NCBI GenBank assembly: GCA_963675295.2
Contig: CAXXKJ010000002.1
Span: forward strand, 3,968,001 to 4,032,000
Direction of reading: 5' to 3'
From: a bacterium
GTDB taxonomy: Bacteria > Electryoneota > Electryoneia > Electryoneales > Electryoneaceae
DNA length: 64,000 nucleotides
Of this stretch, positions 29,599-39,428 are shown one piece after another (within the stretch, counting starts at the first letter, position 1; every line of letters starts with the position of its first letter). Below the pieces are notes generated by a model that was not told where the DNA came from, searched no databases, and saw nothing but the letters and a program-made list of their open reading frames with translations. Made by a program: the position numbers and the translations under genes.

Positions 29599-31302
29599 AT
29601 GAATCAGGAATCTTCGAGTCCGTCGCAGCCGGATCAGGCCCCAGACGCACCGCAGGCCGCTGCTGCACAGAACGCGACGGGTGAAAAATTCCGTCGTGGA
29701 CGTGGCCGTGGCGGCGGTGGCCGCCAGATGTTGAAAAACCTCGCCACGAATTTCCTTGCCATCACCGTGCAGATGCTGCTCGGGATGGTGCTGACACGCT
29801 TCCTGATTCGCACCCTCGGGCCCGCGGAATACGGTGTCGTGCCGCTGTCGTTCCAGCTGATGACGTTCCTGACGCTGGTCACTTCCAGCGTGAACGCGTC
29901 GGTCGGTCGCTTCCTCACAATTGAGATGACCCGCAACGATCTGCAGGCAGCGCGCGGGACATTCAACTCGTCGTTCTGGGGTCTGCTGCTGGTGTTCACC
30001 GTGTTGATCCCGGTGGCGGTGGGCTTTGCGTGGCTCTCCCCAAGCATCCTGAAATTTGCACCGGGCTCGGAAGCGGCGTCCCAACGGGTGCTGCTGGCAA
30101 CGATGTTCTCGTTCTTCACGGTGACAGCGTCCAGCAACATCATGATCACCGCGTTCGCCCGCAACCGGCTGGATCTGCAGAACTATGTGCGGATCGCTTG
30201 GCATGTCACCCGTGTCAGCACCCCGCTGGCGTTGGTTGGGTGGTTCGGCTGGGGGCTGGACGGCGTCAGCGTCGGTATCGTACTCGGCGCGACCATACAC
30301 ATGATCTTCAGCATCCGGACCTGGAGGCGGTTGAATCCGGAACTGAAGTTGACTCCGAAACTGTTCAGCAAGAAACGGTTCCTGGAGTTGACGGACATGA
30401 GTGTCTGGCTGATGATGGACAAGATCGGCCGGGTGCTGCAGTTCAACGCCAGCATTCTCGTGGTCAACATCATCCTCGGCGCGGCGGCTGCGGGTAAGTA
30501 TGGCGCGATCATGATCTTCGGCCGCAGCCTGATTATGTACAACCGGTCAATGCGTCTGGTCGCGACTCCGGTTGTGTACGCCATGTACGGCCGCGGTGAA
30601 TTCGATCAGATGAAGAAGTTCCTGATCAGCTTCGTCCGGTTTGAGGGTATCATGCTCGCGTTGCCGCTGGCGGGCTTGATCGTGATGGCGGAACCGTTGC
30701 TGACCATCTGGCTCGGTGCGGAATACGCGGATCTTGCGCCGGTGGTGATCTGGATGATGGTCGGGCTGATCGTCACCATGCCGAATGTGCCGGTGCGGAT
30801 CATCTTCGCCGCGACAAAGAATGTGCGTGAGCCCGGGATTCTGTCAATGGCAACCGGGATCATCAACATCCTCGTCTCGATCTACATGGTTCATCCGACC
30901 TGGGGCCTGAACATGGGCCTGGTCGCGATGCCGCTGTCGGCGCTGTTCACGACGCAGCTGAAGAACTGGTTGTTCCCGCCGTTGTACGCGGCACATGTGA
31001 TGAAGTACAAATGGCACACGTTCTTTGTGCCGTTTGTCCGCATCGCCATTTCGTACGCGTTCATCCTCGGTCTTGCGTGGGGGCTGCGCTGGCTGTTCCA
31101 GCCGGATTCGTGGCTGGATCTGATTTTGGCTGGCCTGATCGCGATGGTGATCTACCTGCCGGTCGGCTTCTTCGTGCTGATGACGAAGGAAGACCGCGAC
31201 CACATCAAGATGGTGCGGAAACGCCGTGGCCGGCGTGGTCCGGCGGCTGCAGGTGAAGATCCTGCCGATCCGGCCACCCATGTCGACACCAGCATGGACT
31301 AG
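29599..31302 (+). CDS. Polysaccharide flippase (Wzx/MOP family)
   Basis: About 12-14 TM helices; LIRTLGPAEYG and AEPLLTIWLGAEY motifs. Confidence 0.82.
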   Translation: MNQESSSPSQPDQAPDAPQAAAAQNATGEKFRRGRGRGGGGRQMLKNLATNFLAITVQMLLGMVLTRFLIRTLGPAEYGVVPLSFQLMTFLTLVTSSVNASVGRFLTIEMTRNDLQAARGTFNSSFWGLLLVFTVLIPVAVGFAWLSPSILKFAPGSEAASQRVLLATMFSFFTVTASSNIMITAFARNRLDLQNYVRIAWHVTRVSTPLALVGWFGWGLDGVSVGIVLGATIHMIFSIRTWRRLNPELKLTPKLFSKKRFLELTDMSVWLMMDKIGRVLQFNASILVVNIILGAAAAGKYGAIMIFGRSLIMYNRSMRLVATPVVYAMYGRGEFDQMKKFLISFVRFEGIMLALPLAGLIVMAEPLLTIWLGAEYADLAPVVIWMMVGLIVTMPNVPVRIIFAATKNVREPGILSMATGIINILVSIYMVHPTWGLNMGLVAMPLSALFTTQLKNWLFPPLYAAHVMKYKWHTFFVPFVRIAISYAFILGLAWGLRWLFQPDSWLDLILAGLIAMVIYLPVGFFVLMTKEDRDHIKMVRKRRGRRGPAAAGEDPADPATHVDTSMD

Positions 31303-31329
31303 ACAGCTTTTTTACCACAGTGAGCAACC

Positions 31330-31355
31330 AAGGCCCGGATGATTCCGGGCCTTTT
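31330..31355. terminator. Intrinsic terminator between convergent genes
   Basis: AAGGCCCGGA-TGAT-TCCGGGCCTTTT. Confidence 0.75.
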
Positions 31356-31379
31356 GCATGTCACCGTTCCGGCAGAGGA

Positions 31380-31892
31380 TTACCGGTCACCTTCGTCAAG
31401 GGCGACGAGGTACTTGTCAGGATTGGCCTTGAACTGGTCGCGATTCTCTTCGTTGACGAAGAAATAGCGCTTGTGGCCGATCTTGACTGACTTCGTCTGG
31501 TTCGAGAGAGTACCGGTCTCGCCGTTCACCGGATCGCGGTAGGTCGCGCCACTTGATCCATAGGTCAACAGGTTCGCAGGCACGAAAAACGAGTCGCCAA
31601 GGTATTTTTCCGGCATGCTGGTCAGCTTCGCCTGCTCGCTGGGGTGGCAGAGGTAGAAGGTTTCGCCATCCACCACGGCATGTCCCTGCGCTTCATCCAT
31701 CGTGTGCATCATATGGCACACCGGGCAGGTAAAAAGCGTTTCGCCATCGTTAGCGGTCCACGTGTTGCCGTCAACCACGGTCTTTTTCATCTCCGGGTTG
31801 GCCTGCTGCGCGTGCGGATCGTTGGCACTCGCACTGCCGAACCCGGTCACCAGGAACAGCATGGCAAGGATTGCCATCTTGATCGTCTTCAT
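31380..31892 (-). CDS. Secreted YHS-domain protein (two repeats)
   Basis: Signal peptide; CPVC.M...GETFYLC..PEKY and DPVNG...YFF...FKANPDKY; GAAGGAG RBS. Confidence 0.75.
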   Translation of the reverse strand: MKTIKMAILAMLFLVTGFGSASANDPHAQQANPEMKKTVVDGNTWTANDGETLFTCPVCHMMHTMDEAQGHAVVDGETFYLCHPSEQAKLTSMPEKYLGDSFFVPANLLTYGSSGATYRDPVNGETGTLSNQTKSVKIGHKRYFFVNEENRDQFKANPDKYLVALDEGDR

Positions 31893-31936
31893 CGTTGTAT
31901 CTCCTTCAATCGAAATGCGTGCGTTTTGGAGTTGCC

Positions 31937-34168
31937 TCACCCGCCAAAATTGGCGGAGAAGGTGAGCATCACGGTTCGTCCCAACTGCGGGCCGTAGATC
32001 ATTGCGGAATCGAGCCGGCGTTCGCCGGTGTCCGGGTTGATCGTAAACACATCATCCGGCTGGACGTAGTCGGTGATGTTTTCCGCCTTCAACGTCAGCG
32101 CAAACTGATCCCACGACTTGCGTAGACCGAGGTCCATGATCACGTAGGCGGGCGACTGATCACGTCCGCGTCCGTCCGGCAATTCCTGCGGGCCGAACAC
32201 GCGGCCGTCCACGTTTGCCCGCAAGCCGATCCCGGTCCACTCCTTGACCAGGGACGCGCCGGCGGTGTAGAAGCTGCGCATCTCTTCCTTGCGCCACTCG
32301 GTGCCGTCGTGATACTGGATGTCGGAAACGGTTCCGTGCAGGTTCGTGCTCCAACCCGGATCGAATGCATAGCCGAGCTGCAATTCGACGCCACGGCTGA
32401 ACGCGTCGTCGGCGTTGGTGTACATCACTTCACCCGTTTCCGCGTGCCCGAAGGCGACCACGACCTTGTTGTCGAAACGGGTGTAGAACCCGGTCAGGTC
32501 AGCGGAGAAGGCCTGACTCGAGCTGCCTCCGCGATACTGTGCGGTCAGGCTGCCGCCCGCAGTGCGTTCGGCATCCAGGTCTTCGGGGATGACGATGTTG
32601 TCAAAGCCGGCGTGCGCGGCCTTGTCGAGGCTGAAGAGAGTGACAATCCGGTAGCCCAGTCCGGCCGATCCGATGAACGACCAGCTGTCGTCCGGGCTGA
32701 AACGCAGCGACGCGCGCGGGGTGGCGATGTAGCCGTCCCCGTCGTACAGCTCGTTGAGCACGCTCGCCCGTGCCTGCCAGTGTTCGCTCGGCAGCCACTC
32801 ATGCTGCAGCAGCAGGCCCGGGATGTAGTCGGTGCGGTCAGTCGGGGACGACAGCCGCAGGTTGTCGTCATAGACTTCGTGCCGGTACTGCAACCGTGCC
32901 ATCGACTTGTGCGAAACGTTCCAATCACGGTTGACGGTAAACCGGGCAAGACCGATCACCTGCACGGCGTCGTATTCCGTCGTGCCGTACCACGAATCAT
33001 GCTGGTGGAAGGCGTACGCGCCGTCCAGCTTCCAGAAACCCCAGTCCTGCGCTTTCGAGACGAAGCTGACTCCGGTGTCGACACGCCGGGTCTGGATGTC
33101 GCGTCCATAAACGGTTGCGCTGCCGCGATCATCCTCAGTCCAGTGGGTTTCCCCGGCGAAACGATCTTCGCCGTAGCCACGGACCCGTGTGGTCAATGCA
33201 CCGGCGGGAAGTGCACGCTTGGACGACAACGACAGGTTGAACCGGGTGTAGCTTGGGGTGTCGGTGAGGCCATCGCTGTTACGATCGATCTTGCGCGGTT
33301 CGGCGCCGTAGTTGGCGTTGATTCGCACCGGCATATCGGCCACCGGGACGGTGATCGCGCCGTTCAGACGGTGGCGTCCGGTCTCGCCCGCCATGGCCGA
33401 AATCTCGCCGGTGGGCAGTTCGGCAAGGCTGAGATCAGGCGAATTGGTTACGAGATTAACCGCTCCGGCCATCGCTCCCGCGCCTGCATCCGAGCGGGTT
33501 CCGCCCTTGCTGATCTCGACTTGCTCGAGATCGGACACGTTGATCCCGTCGAGGCCGTACAACGCACCGAGCCCGGACAGGATCGGCAATCCGTCCACAT
33601 TGATCTCGGTGTAGGACGGGTCCAGTCCCTGCATGCCGACACCGGCCGACCCGCACAACGCGCACGGCTTGGTATCGAGTCCCGATCCACCTGCCAGCGC
33701 GGACAACAGGCCGCCGTCCGCGGACTGTTCTTCAAGGTCGTGACTGGTCAGCACTTCGACCCGCTCCGCGCCATCGTTGACCGGGCCGGACTGGGAGCGT
33801 TGGGTTTCAAACGTGACCTGTTCCAACGCGACCGCGTCCTGCTCCAGCTGGATCGTGAGCTCGGCATGGCCATGATCGTGATCATGGTGATCCGATTCCG
33901 GGTCGAAGGTCAGGGATATTGTCTTATAGCCGAGCAGACTGATGGTGATCGTCACGTCGTGATCAGGCGCATCATGAATGAAAAACTCGCCGTCCAGATT
34001 GCTGGCGGCACCGAGTCTGGTGCCTTCGACGACGACGTTCGCGCCAGCGAGACGTTCACCGTTCTGGTCGACAATTCTGCCGTGAATGTCAGCCGCCAGT
34101 GAGGGAACAGCCAGCATCAGGAATACGACTACAGCGATGCTGTATCGCGAAAATAGCTGTAACTGCAT
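31937..34168 (-). CDS. TonB-dependent receptor with carboxypeptidase-regulatory-like N-domain
   Basis: GANVVVEGT..GAASNLDGEF, His-rich DHHDHDHGH, plug with CALC and EISKG, barrel ending YGPQLGR. Confidence 0.92.
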   Translation of the reverse strand: MQLQLFSRYSIAVVVFLMLAVPSLAADIHGRIVDQNGERLAGANVVVEGTRLGAASNLDGEFFIHDAPDHDVTITISLLGYKTISLTFDPESDHHDHDHGHAELTIQLEQDAVALEQVTFETQRSQSGPVNDGAERVEVLTSHDLEEQSADGGLLSALAGGSGLDTKPCALCGSAGVGMQGLDPSYTEINVDGLPILSGLGALYGLDGINVSDLEQVEISKGGTRSDAGAGAMAGAVNLVTNSPDLSLAELPTGEISAMAGETGRHRLNGAITVPVADMPVRINANYGAEPRKIDRNSDGLTDTPSYTRFNLSLSSKRALPAGALTTRVRGYGEDRFAGETHWTEDDRGSATVYGRDIQTRRVDTGVSFVSKAQDWGFWKLDGAYAFHQHDSWYGTTEYDAVQVIGLARFTVNRDWNVSHKSMARLQYRHEVYDDNLRLSSPTDRTDYIPGLLLQHEWLPSEHWQARASVLNELYDGDGYIATPRASLRFSPDDSWSFIGSAGLGYRIVTLFSLDKAAHAGFDNIVIPEDLDAERTAGGSLTAQYRGGSSSQAFSADLTGFYTRFDNKVVVAFGHAETGEVMYTNADDAFSRGVELQLGYAFDPGWSTNLHGTVSDIQYHDGTEWRKEEMRSFYTAGASLVKEWTGIGLRANVDGRVFGPQELPDGRGRDQSPAYVIMDLGLRKSWDQFALTLKAENITDYVQPDDVFTINPDTGERRLDSAMIYGPQLGRTVMLTFSANFGG

Positions 34169-34283
34169 GAATGGACTCCACTATCGCACGGACAGACCTC
34201 TTCCCTGCTGAAGGAGAGAGACCGGTCACACGTTTGCTGTCATCTGAGCCGTGCTGGCTCAACGAGAGAGAGCTTGGGTGTGG

Positions 34284-34685
34284 TCACGACAGGGAGTGTT
34301 TCGGAACGTGATCGATGGAAAGCAGCAGCGCATCTTCCGGCCGCTGGTCGGGGATGGTCGTCAGGGTGAACTCATCCGCCGGGATCACCATACCATCCTG
34401 CGAGGTGAGGTAGGCGGCGAGTTGGATCATCACCTGCACGCTAGCGCAGTCGTTGCAATCATGCCCTTTTTCACTGCAGCAGGAATCGTCGGCAGCGGAT
34501 GAGCAGCAGGGACAATCTTCGTCCATGTCCATGTCACAACAAGCGTCAGCGGCTGAATCCGCGGTCAATCCGAGCGGTTTGTCCGAGGCAAACACGATGG
34601 GTTCGCCCGTTTGCGCGAGCACGCCCATGCTGGCAAACACCAGCACAAGGAAAGCACTCAAAACGCTGTGGACGATTTTTCGCAC
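34284..34685 (-). CDS. Cys-rich small protein upstream of TonB receptor
   Basis: Probable GTG start at 34685; signal/TM helix, CCDMDMDEDCPCC..CC..HDCNDC, C-terminal SIDHVPK. Confidence 0.65.
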   Translation of the reverse strand: MRKIVHSVLSAFLVLVFASMGVLAQTGEPIVFASDKPLGLTADSAADACCDMDMDEDCPCCSSAADDSCCSEKGHDCNDCASVQVMIQLAAYLTSQDGMVIPADEFTLTTIPDQRPEDALLLSIDHVPKHSLS

Positions 34686-34878
34686 GAGACTAACTTTCGC
34701 TAACTCTATGTAAATACTTGCGCTTGACCCTTGAGTATACAACGGCCCGGAGACTTTCGCAAGCTGTCCGGTCTGACAGGCACACGTCTTCCCTCCACGA
34801 GATGTTCCCAGCAGCGGTGGGCGTGCCATGAATCGCTATCTTCGAGAACAACTGGCGACGACACAGGACGGAGCAGGC

Positions 34879-35622
34879 GTGAGCATAGACGACGGCAAGG
34901 TGGCGATCATCAGCGGCGGAACTCGTGGGCTCGGGGCAGCGTTCGCGCAGGCGTTGCTCGATCAGGGCTGGCGGGTGTGTGTCTTCGGACGGCGGGACAG
35001 CGACTTCGTGCAGCAGGCGCGTGCGAACGGCGACTGGTCGGACCAGTTCATCGCGCGGACGGTGGATGTCCGTGACAGCGCCGCGACGCAGCAGCTGGTG
35101 CGCGAACTCAACTCCACCTGGGGCCGGATCGACCTGCTGGTGAACAACGCCGGGGTGTCGGTGCCGTCACTGATCGCGTTGGCATCGGACGACTACCTCG
35201 ACAAGCACCTCGACACCAACCTCGGCGCGGCGATGCGTCTCACGCGGCAGGTGGTGCAAGTCATGCTGCCGCAACGCTCGGGCAAGATCATCAACATCAC
35301 CAGCGTCGTCGGCTTGCGTGGCTACACCGGCATGGCGGCCTATTCCGCCGCGAAAGCCGGGCTGGACGCGGTCACCCGCAGCCTCGCGAAAGAACTGGGG
35401 CCGGCGGGGATCACAGTCAACGCCATCGCGCCGGGCTACATCCCGACCGAGATGACGGAGAAAATGCCGGAAGCGGTGGTCAAGTGGAACCTCGACAACA
35501 CTCCTCTGGGACGGCTGGCGACGATCGAGGAATACGTCCCGCCGTTTCTGTTCCTCGTCAGCGACGGCGCGAACTTCATCAACGGGCATACACTGGTCGT
35601 GGATGGTGGGTTGACGGCGTAA
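34879..35622 (+). CDS. SDR family oxidoreductase (FabG-like)
   Basis: GGTRGLG, NNAG, YSAAK and VDGG motifs; start GTG 34879 or ATG 34828. Confidence 0.92.
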   Translation: MSIDDGKVAIISGGTRGLGAAFAQALLDQGWRVCVFGRRDSDFVQQARANGDWSDQFIARTVDVRDSAATQQLVRELNSTWGRIDLLVNNAGVSVPSLIALASDDYLDKHLDTNLGAAMRLTRQVVQVMLPQRSGKIINITSVVGLRGYTGMAAYSAAKAGLDAVTRSLAKELGPAGITVNAIAPGYIPTEMTEKMPEAVVKWNLDNTPLGRLATIEEYVPPFLFLVSDGANFINGHTLVVDGGLTA

Positions 35623-35721
35623 GGGTGAAGTGGATAGCGGAGAAGCCGCGATGCTGTCACAAACGGACGTGACGGTCAATCACGAGCACCTTGCAGGCTG
35701 TTGGCTATGGGCTGGGGTCGC

Positions 35722-35759
35722 GAGATGTGAGATGTGAGATGTGAAATGCGAGATGTGAG
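35722..35759 (+). repeat. 7-bp tandem repeat (GAGATGT) about x5
   Basis: Read directly; fourth unit degenerate. Confidence 0.85.
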
Positions 35760-35765
35760 TAAACT

Positions 35766-35797
35766 CTATTACCACGGACTTCAGTCCGTGGTAATAG
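35766..35797. repeat. Palindromic repeat family C
   Basis: CTATTACCACGGACT-TC-AGTCCGTGGTAATAG; near-identical copy at 58272-58297. Confidence 0.8.
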
Positions 35798-35869
35798 GGT
35801 GTCATCCTGAATGCAGTGAAGAATATCCAGATTATCTGCATTTGACAAAGACGTCATTCTGAACGAAAT

Positions 35870-36400
35870 AAACTACCCCGCAGCAAGCTACGGGGTATCG
35901 ACTACTCACAGCTCAAGTCGACTTTGATGTAGCGGCTGGTAGTTAGCTTCTGTACCTTGGTTCATAACGTATTTTCTGATTGTATTTTCGTCACCGTGCG
36001 GACCTACGGTGGATATATAATAACCTTTTGTCCAAAATTCCCCACCCCAGAGCTGCTTTTTAACTTTGGGTTGTCGGATAAACATCTCTCGTGCTGTTAT
36101 GCTCTTTATAGTTCGTACTAATTTTGTAGCACTCATGGTTGGCACGGATTGCACTAAGAAATGCACATGATCTCTATCTATTCCAATTTCTATAAATTCT
36201 ATTTCATAACGTTTTTGGATTTCAAAGCAGATATCCTTTAATGTTAAATCTATCTCAGGTTCATCAAATACAACACGACGGTATTTCGCTACACATACAA
36301 GATGGTATAGCAATATCGATACGTTGTGTTGTTTTCGGATCAGCTCAGACATTCCACAAGAAACCAACTGCAGCTGGCCGAAGCAAGCTTCGGGGCATCA
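35870..36400 (-). mobile_element. IS200-type insertion sequence (tnpA only)
   Basis: Subterminal hairpins TACCCCGCAGCAAGCTACGGGGTA (35874-35897) and CCGAAGCAAGCTTCGG (36378-36393) flank an AT-rich tnpA; exact ends approximate. Confidence 0.8.
35906..36352 (-). CDS. tnpA: IS200/IS605 family Y1 transposase
   Basis: YHLVCVAKYRR, DHVH (HUH), LWGGEFWTKGYY and YVMNQ motifs. Confidence 0.95.
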   Translation of the reverse strand: MSELIRKQHNVSILLYHLVCVAKYRRVVFDEPEIDLTLKDICFEIQKRYEIEFIEIGIDRDHVHFLVQSVPTMSATKLVRTIKSITAREMFIRQPKVKKQLWGGEFWTKGYYISTVGPHGDENTIRKYVMNQGTEANYQPLHQSRLEL

Positions 36401-36528
36401 ACCGCACTGGAGTGAAGAAGATCGGGCTTAATTGACCGTTATCTAAGCTGGACCTTCTTCACTTCTCTTCGTTCCGTTCAGAATGACGCCCTCGCACATG
36501 ACACCGACCACCGACTACCGTGTACCGC

Positions 36529-38103
36529 CTACCGTCTTTCCCCCTTGGTGAACGTAAACGATCCCAGCCCCATGTCACGGTTGCCGCTGGGGCCACCAGG
36601 TGGAACAGGTGAGAAATCTCCAATATGAATTTCGTAAGTGTACTCACCCGGAGGTGCGGTGGCAGGAATGTCGAGCGGGACAGAGGGCCTGTACAACGTT
36701 CCACCCGGTTGCAGTGTCACCGTGATCTGCTGTAGCTGCAACCTGTTCCCGGCGGGTGTGGTGACTGTGGCCCAGACGTCAAAGGGCGTCGGATCGAGGA
36801 GGATGTTGCTGACAGCTGCAGCGTAGTGAAGTGTCATACCTTGGGGTGGAATGATCGTCACCTCAGGTTCAAGCTGGATTTCTATCTCAGGTTCCCACTT
36901 CATCAACGCGAGATCTTCTGAATCATCACCGCCTTGTGAGATTGGATACCATGAAGCGATGATCGAGCCGTCACGGCCTTGGTCGATACAGGAAATCTTG
37001 CCTTCCGGTTGCTGGTACAACCAAAGCATCTCTCCGCTTGAAGACACCTTCATCAACCACAGGTGATACCAGTAATCCGGACCTGAGCTCACTCCACCAG
37101 CGGCAACATTGCCATCGGCCAGGACTGTCAAATGATAGGCCCTTTCGGAACTGGGATTGCCTGCCTCAGGATTGTTTACTAACAACGACCAGATGACCGA
37201 TCCATCTGGATTCCGCTTGGAAACATAGAAGTCAATATGTGTTGTATCTCCCGGAGCTCGCACCGTACCACAAGCATACAGATATCCATCTCGATCTTCC
37301 CGAACGCAATAAGCTTCTCCGCTGAGCGGAAGGTCGATCATGGCTTCGTCGTCAAGCCACAGTGTGTTTCCAGTAGAACTCACCTTGTAAAGCGTAAATA
37401 CACGCGTCTGTATGTCTTGGTTGTAATGCTCGGTTGGAACAATGAAACCGCCATCCGTAGTAGGTTCTACCCATTCTGGAGCGTTGAAAGGGTCTGGATG
37501 TTCCCATTCCCATAGGATAGCTCCAGTCGTACTGAATCGAACGATTTTCGAATGGCCGACATACCCAACTGCGATGTATCCGCCCGCAGGGACTTCCCGC
37601 ACCGCATAGAAGAGATCACCGATGGAACCGCTGTCAAACACCCGCGCCCATTCCTGTTCGCCATTGGCGTCAAGCTTGCGAATGAAGGCGTCGAACCCGA
37701 CCCCCGTATGGTATGACCAGGTTTCACCACACTGGATGAATCCGCCATCGCTGGTTGGCTCGATATAGTGCCCCGCGTCGGTTGATGTTCCGCCTTCGAT
37801 GTTCAACCAGATTTCATTGCCTTCCTGATCCAGACAGGCGGTCCAGACCTGGTAAACAGTCGACATGTAGCGAGTAAATCCGGTAGCAATATATCCACCT
37901 GACGGAATTGCTCGGACGGCGTCCATGTATTCCATGTTTGAACCATAATGCCACGTTCGAGTCCACAGGGGGTCGGGAGGCTGGGCGGTGACGGCGGACG
38001 CGATCAGCAAGGCGAGGGCGATCAGGAAGAGGACCATAGGGAAACGAGTCAAATGGTCGAACGTCAGGAAACGGCGTGTCCGTGTCGGAAACTGGCGTGT
38101 CAT
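36529..38103 (-). CDS. Secreted repeat protein (probable beta-propeller) with C-terminal Ig-like domain
   Basis: Signal peptide ending AVTA|QP; repeated PTSDGGFI / KLDANGEQEW units; start 38103 or 38037. Confidence 0.7.
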   Translation of the reverse strand: MTRQFPTRTRRFLTFDHLTRFPMVLFLIALALLIASAVTAQPPDPLWTRTWHYGSNMEYMDAVRAIPSGGYIATGFTRYMSTVYQVWTACLDQEGNEIWLNIEGGTSTDAGHYIEPTSDGGFIQCGETWSYHTGVGFDAFIRKLDANGEQEWARVFDSGSIGDLFYAVREVPAGGYIAVGYVGHSKIVRFSTTGAILWEWEHPDPFNAPEWVEPTTDGGFIVPTEHYNQDIQTRVFTLYKVSSTGNTLWLDDEAMIDLPLSGEAYCVREDRDGYLYACGTVRAPGDTTHIDFYVSKRNPDGSVIWSLLVNNPEAGNPSSERAYHLTVLADGNVAAGGVSSGPDYWYHLWLMKVSSSGEMLWLYQQPEGKISCIDQGRDGSIIASWYPISQGGDDSEDLALMKWEPEIEIQLEPEVTIIPPQGMTLHYAAAVSNILLDPTPFDVWATVTTPAGNRLQLQQITVTLQPGGTLYRPSVPLDIPATAPPGEYTYEIHIGDFSPVPPGGPSGNRDMGLGSFTFTKGERR

Positions 38104-38219
38104 TGGGCGCCTCGGTGGATTTGAGTTGAGGCAATATACGACCAAAGCGAAGCCCGTGACCGGCACCGAAGGTGCCGCATGTGAGAGTTGAACGACGTGC
38201 GCCGTCATCCGATTCCAGA

Positions 38220-38459
38220 CTATCCCCTACCGGGTAAATCCTTCCCGAACACCTCGTCCCGGCATTTCGGGCAGTAGCAGGGCGGGTCCTGGATTGTCTT
38301 GGCGAGTTCGGTACAGCAGTTGTCGAGACCGGCGAAGCGTCCGCAGATGAATTCGACGCCGCAGCGTTCACAGGTACGCCGGTGTGCGGTCGCAGCGGCT
38401 TGTGCGGGGTTCTTGCTGCGCAGTTTGCGGTGGGCGATGGGTTTGCGGCGGTTGATCAC
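38220..38459 (-). CDS. Small cysteine-rich (CWC-like) protein
   Basis: CERCGVEFICG...CC...CYCPKC; overlaps upstream gene. Confidence 0.6.
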   Translation of the reverse strand: MINRRKPIAHRKLRSKNPAQAAATAHRRTCERCGVEFICGRFAGLDNCCTELAKTIQDPPCYCPKCRDEVFGKDLPGRG

Positions 38460-38707
38460 GACCGGCTCCCGGACTCCTTGTCCCGGTTGGCGTCGCTGTC
38501 CGAACTGGACCCGGACGCCTCGTCGTGATGCACTTCGCGGTAGTTCACATCAACGACATCGTCCTGGTCGTAGCTGACTTCGGCGTCCTTGTGGTCGCCG
38601 GACTTGACCTTTGCGTCTCCGGATGTGCCGAACAGGTTGCCGGCAAAGTTCTTTAGTCCCTTCCACGCGAGGTACGCTCCGAGTCCGAGAATCAGAAACT
38701 TGAACAT
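38456..38707 (-). CDS. Small membrane-anchored hypothetical protein
   Basis: N-terminal TM helix, DDVVDVNYREV tail; tight operon spacing. Confidence 0.7.
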   Translation of the reverse strand: MFKFLILGLGAYLAWKGLKNFAGNLFGTSGDAKVKSGDHKDAEVSYDQDDVVDVNYREVHHDEASGSSSDSDANRDKESGSRS

Positions 38708-38709
38708 GG

Positions 38710-39357
38710 CTACACCTCGGTCGCCGGGTTGTAATAGGACAGGCCGCCGGGCGCGTTCATGATCTGGTTGAACAGATCCTCGAACTGATCGGGGTTGCGG
38801 ACAAAGTCGAGCGTGGTCGCATTCACGATCATCAGATCGCTCGCTTTGTAGCGGAAGAAATGATGGTTGTACGCCTCGACCAGCGCCTCGATGTATTCCG
38901 GGTTCATGCCACGCTCGTACTCACGGTCACGGAGGCGGATGTTCCGCATCAGGCGTTGCGTGTTCGACTGCAGGTAGACGACGAGGTCCGGGATCGGCGC
39001 GTCCCGTTCGAGCAGATGCGCGACGGTGTTGAACAGCGTGACCTCGCGTTCCTCGAGCGTAATCGCGGCGAAGATGCGGCTTTTGCTGAACAGGTAGTCG
39101 GTGACGAGATGCTGCGCGAACAGGTCGGACTGGCGCAGCTCATCCACCTGCTGCCGGTGACGGCTGAGCAGAAAAAACAGTTCGGTCTGGAACGCGTACC
39201 GCCGGGGGTCCTTGTAGAAATCCGCGAGGAACGGATTTTCCTCGTGCTGTTCGACCACAAGCTGCGCGCTCAGCCGTTTGCTGATCATGTCCGCCAGGGT
39301 GGTTTTCCCCACCCCGATCACACCTTCGATGATGATGTACTGGCGTTCGCTGCTCAC
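38710..39357 (-). CDS. Deoxynucleoside kinase
   Basis: IEGVIGVGKTT P-loop, ENPFLADFY and R.REYE motifs; follows folK. Confidence 0.92.
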   Translation of the reverse strand: MSSERQYIIIEGVIGVGKTTLADMISKRLSAQLVVEQHEENPFLADFYKDPRRYAFQTELFFLLSRHRQQVDELRQSDLFAQHLVTDYLFSKSRIFAAITLEEREVTLFNTVAHLLERDAPIPDLVVYLQSNTQRLMRNIRLRDREYERGMNPEYIEALVEAYNHHFFRYKASDLMIVNATTLDFVRNPDQFEDLFNQIMNAPGGLSYYNPATEV

Positions 39358-39428
39358 GCGATACCCGGCGGATAGTTAGCTGGTTGCGTTCGAAGTGTAA
39401 TGCACAAGAAGATAGTCAAGCAAAGGTG

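Larger units (their letters stand above)
35852..36488. repeat. GTCATTCTGAACG-type palindromic element split by IS200
   Basis: CGTCATTCTGAACG (35852-35865) and CGTTCAGAATGACG (36475-36488) form a perfect 14-bp IR; inner AGTGAAGAAG / CTTCTTCACT pair. Confidence 0.65.

Noticed and set aside
34170-34830. Cobalamin riboswitch ahead of the TonB-dependent receptor
   Set aside because: No B12-box or GGGAA/GCCACTG core recognised; the region is occupied by a Cys-rich ORF
35870-36400. IS605-type element with tnpB or omega-RNA
   Set aside because: No tnpB ORF; the right-end hairpin follows the tnpA stop immediately
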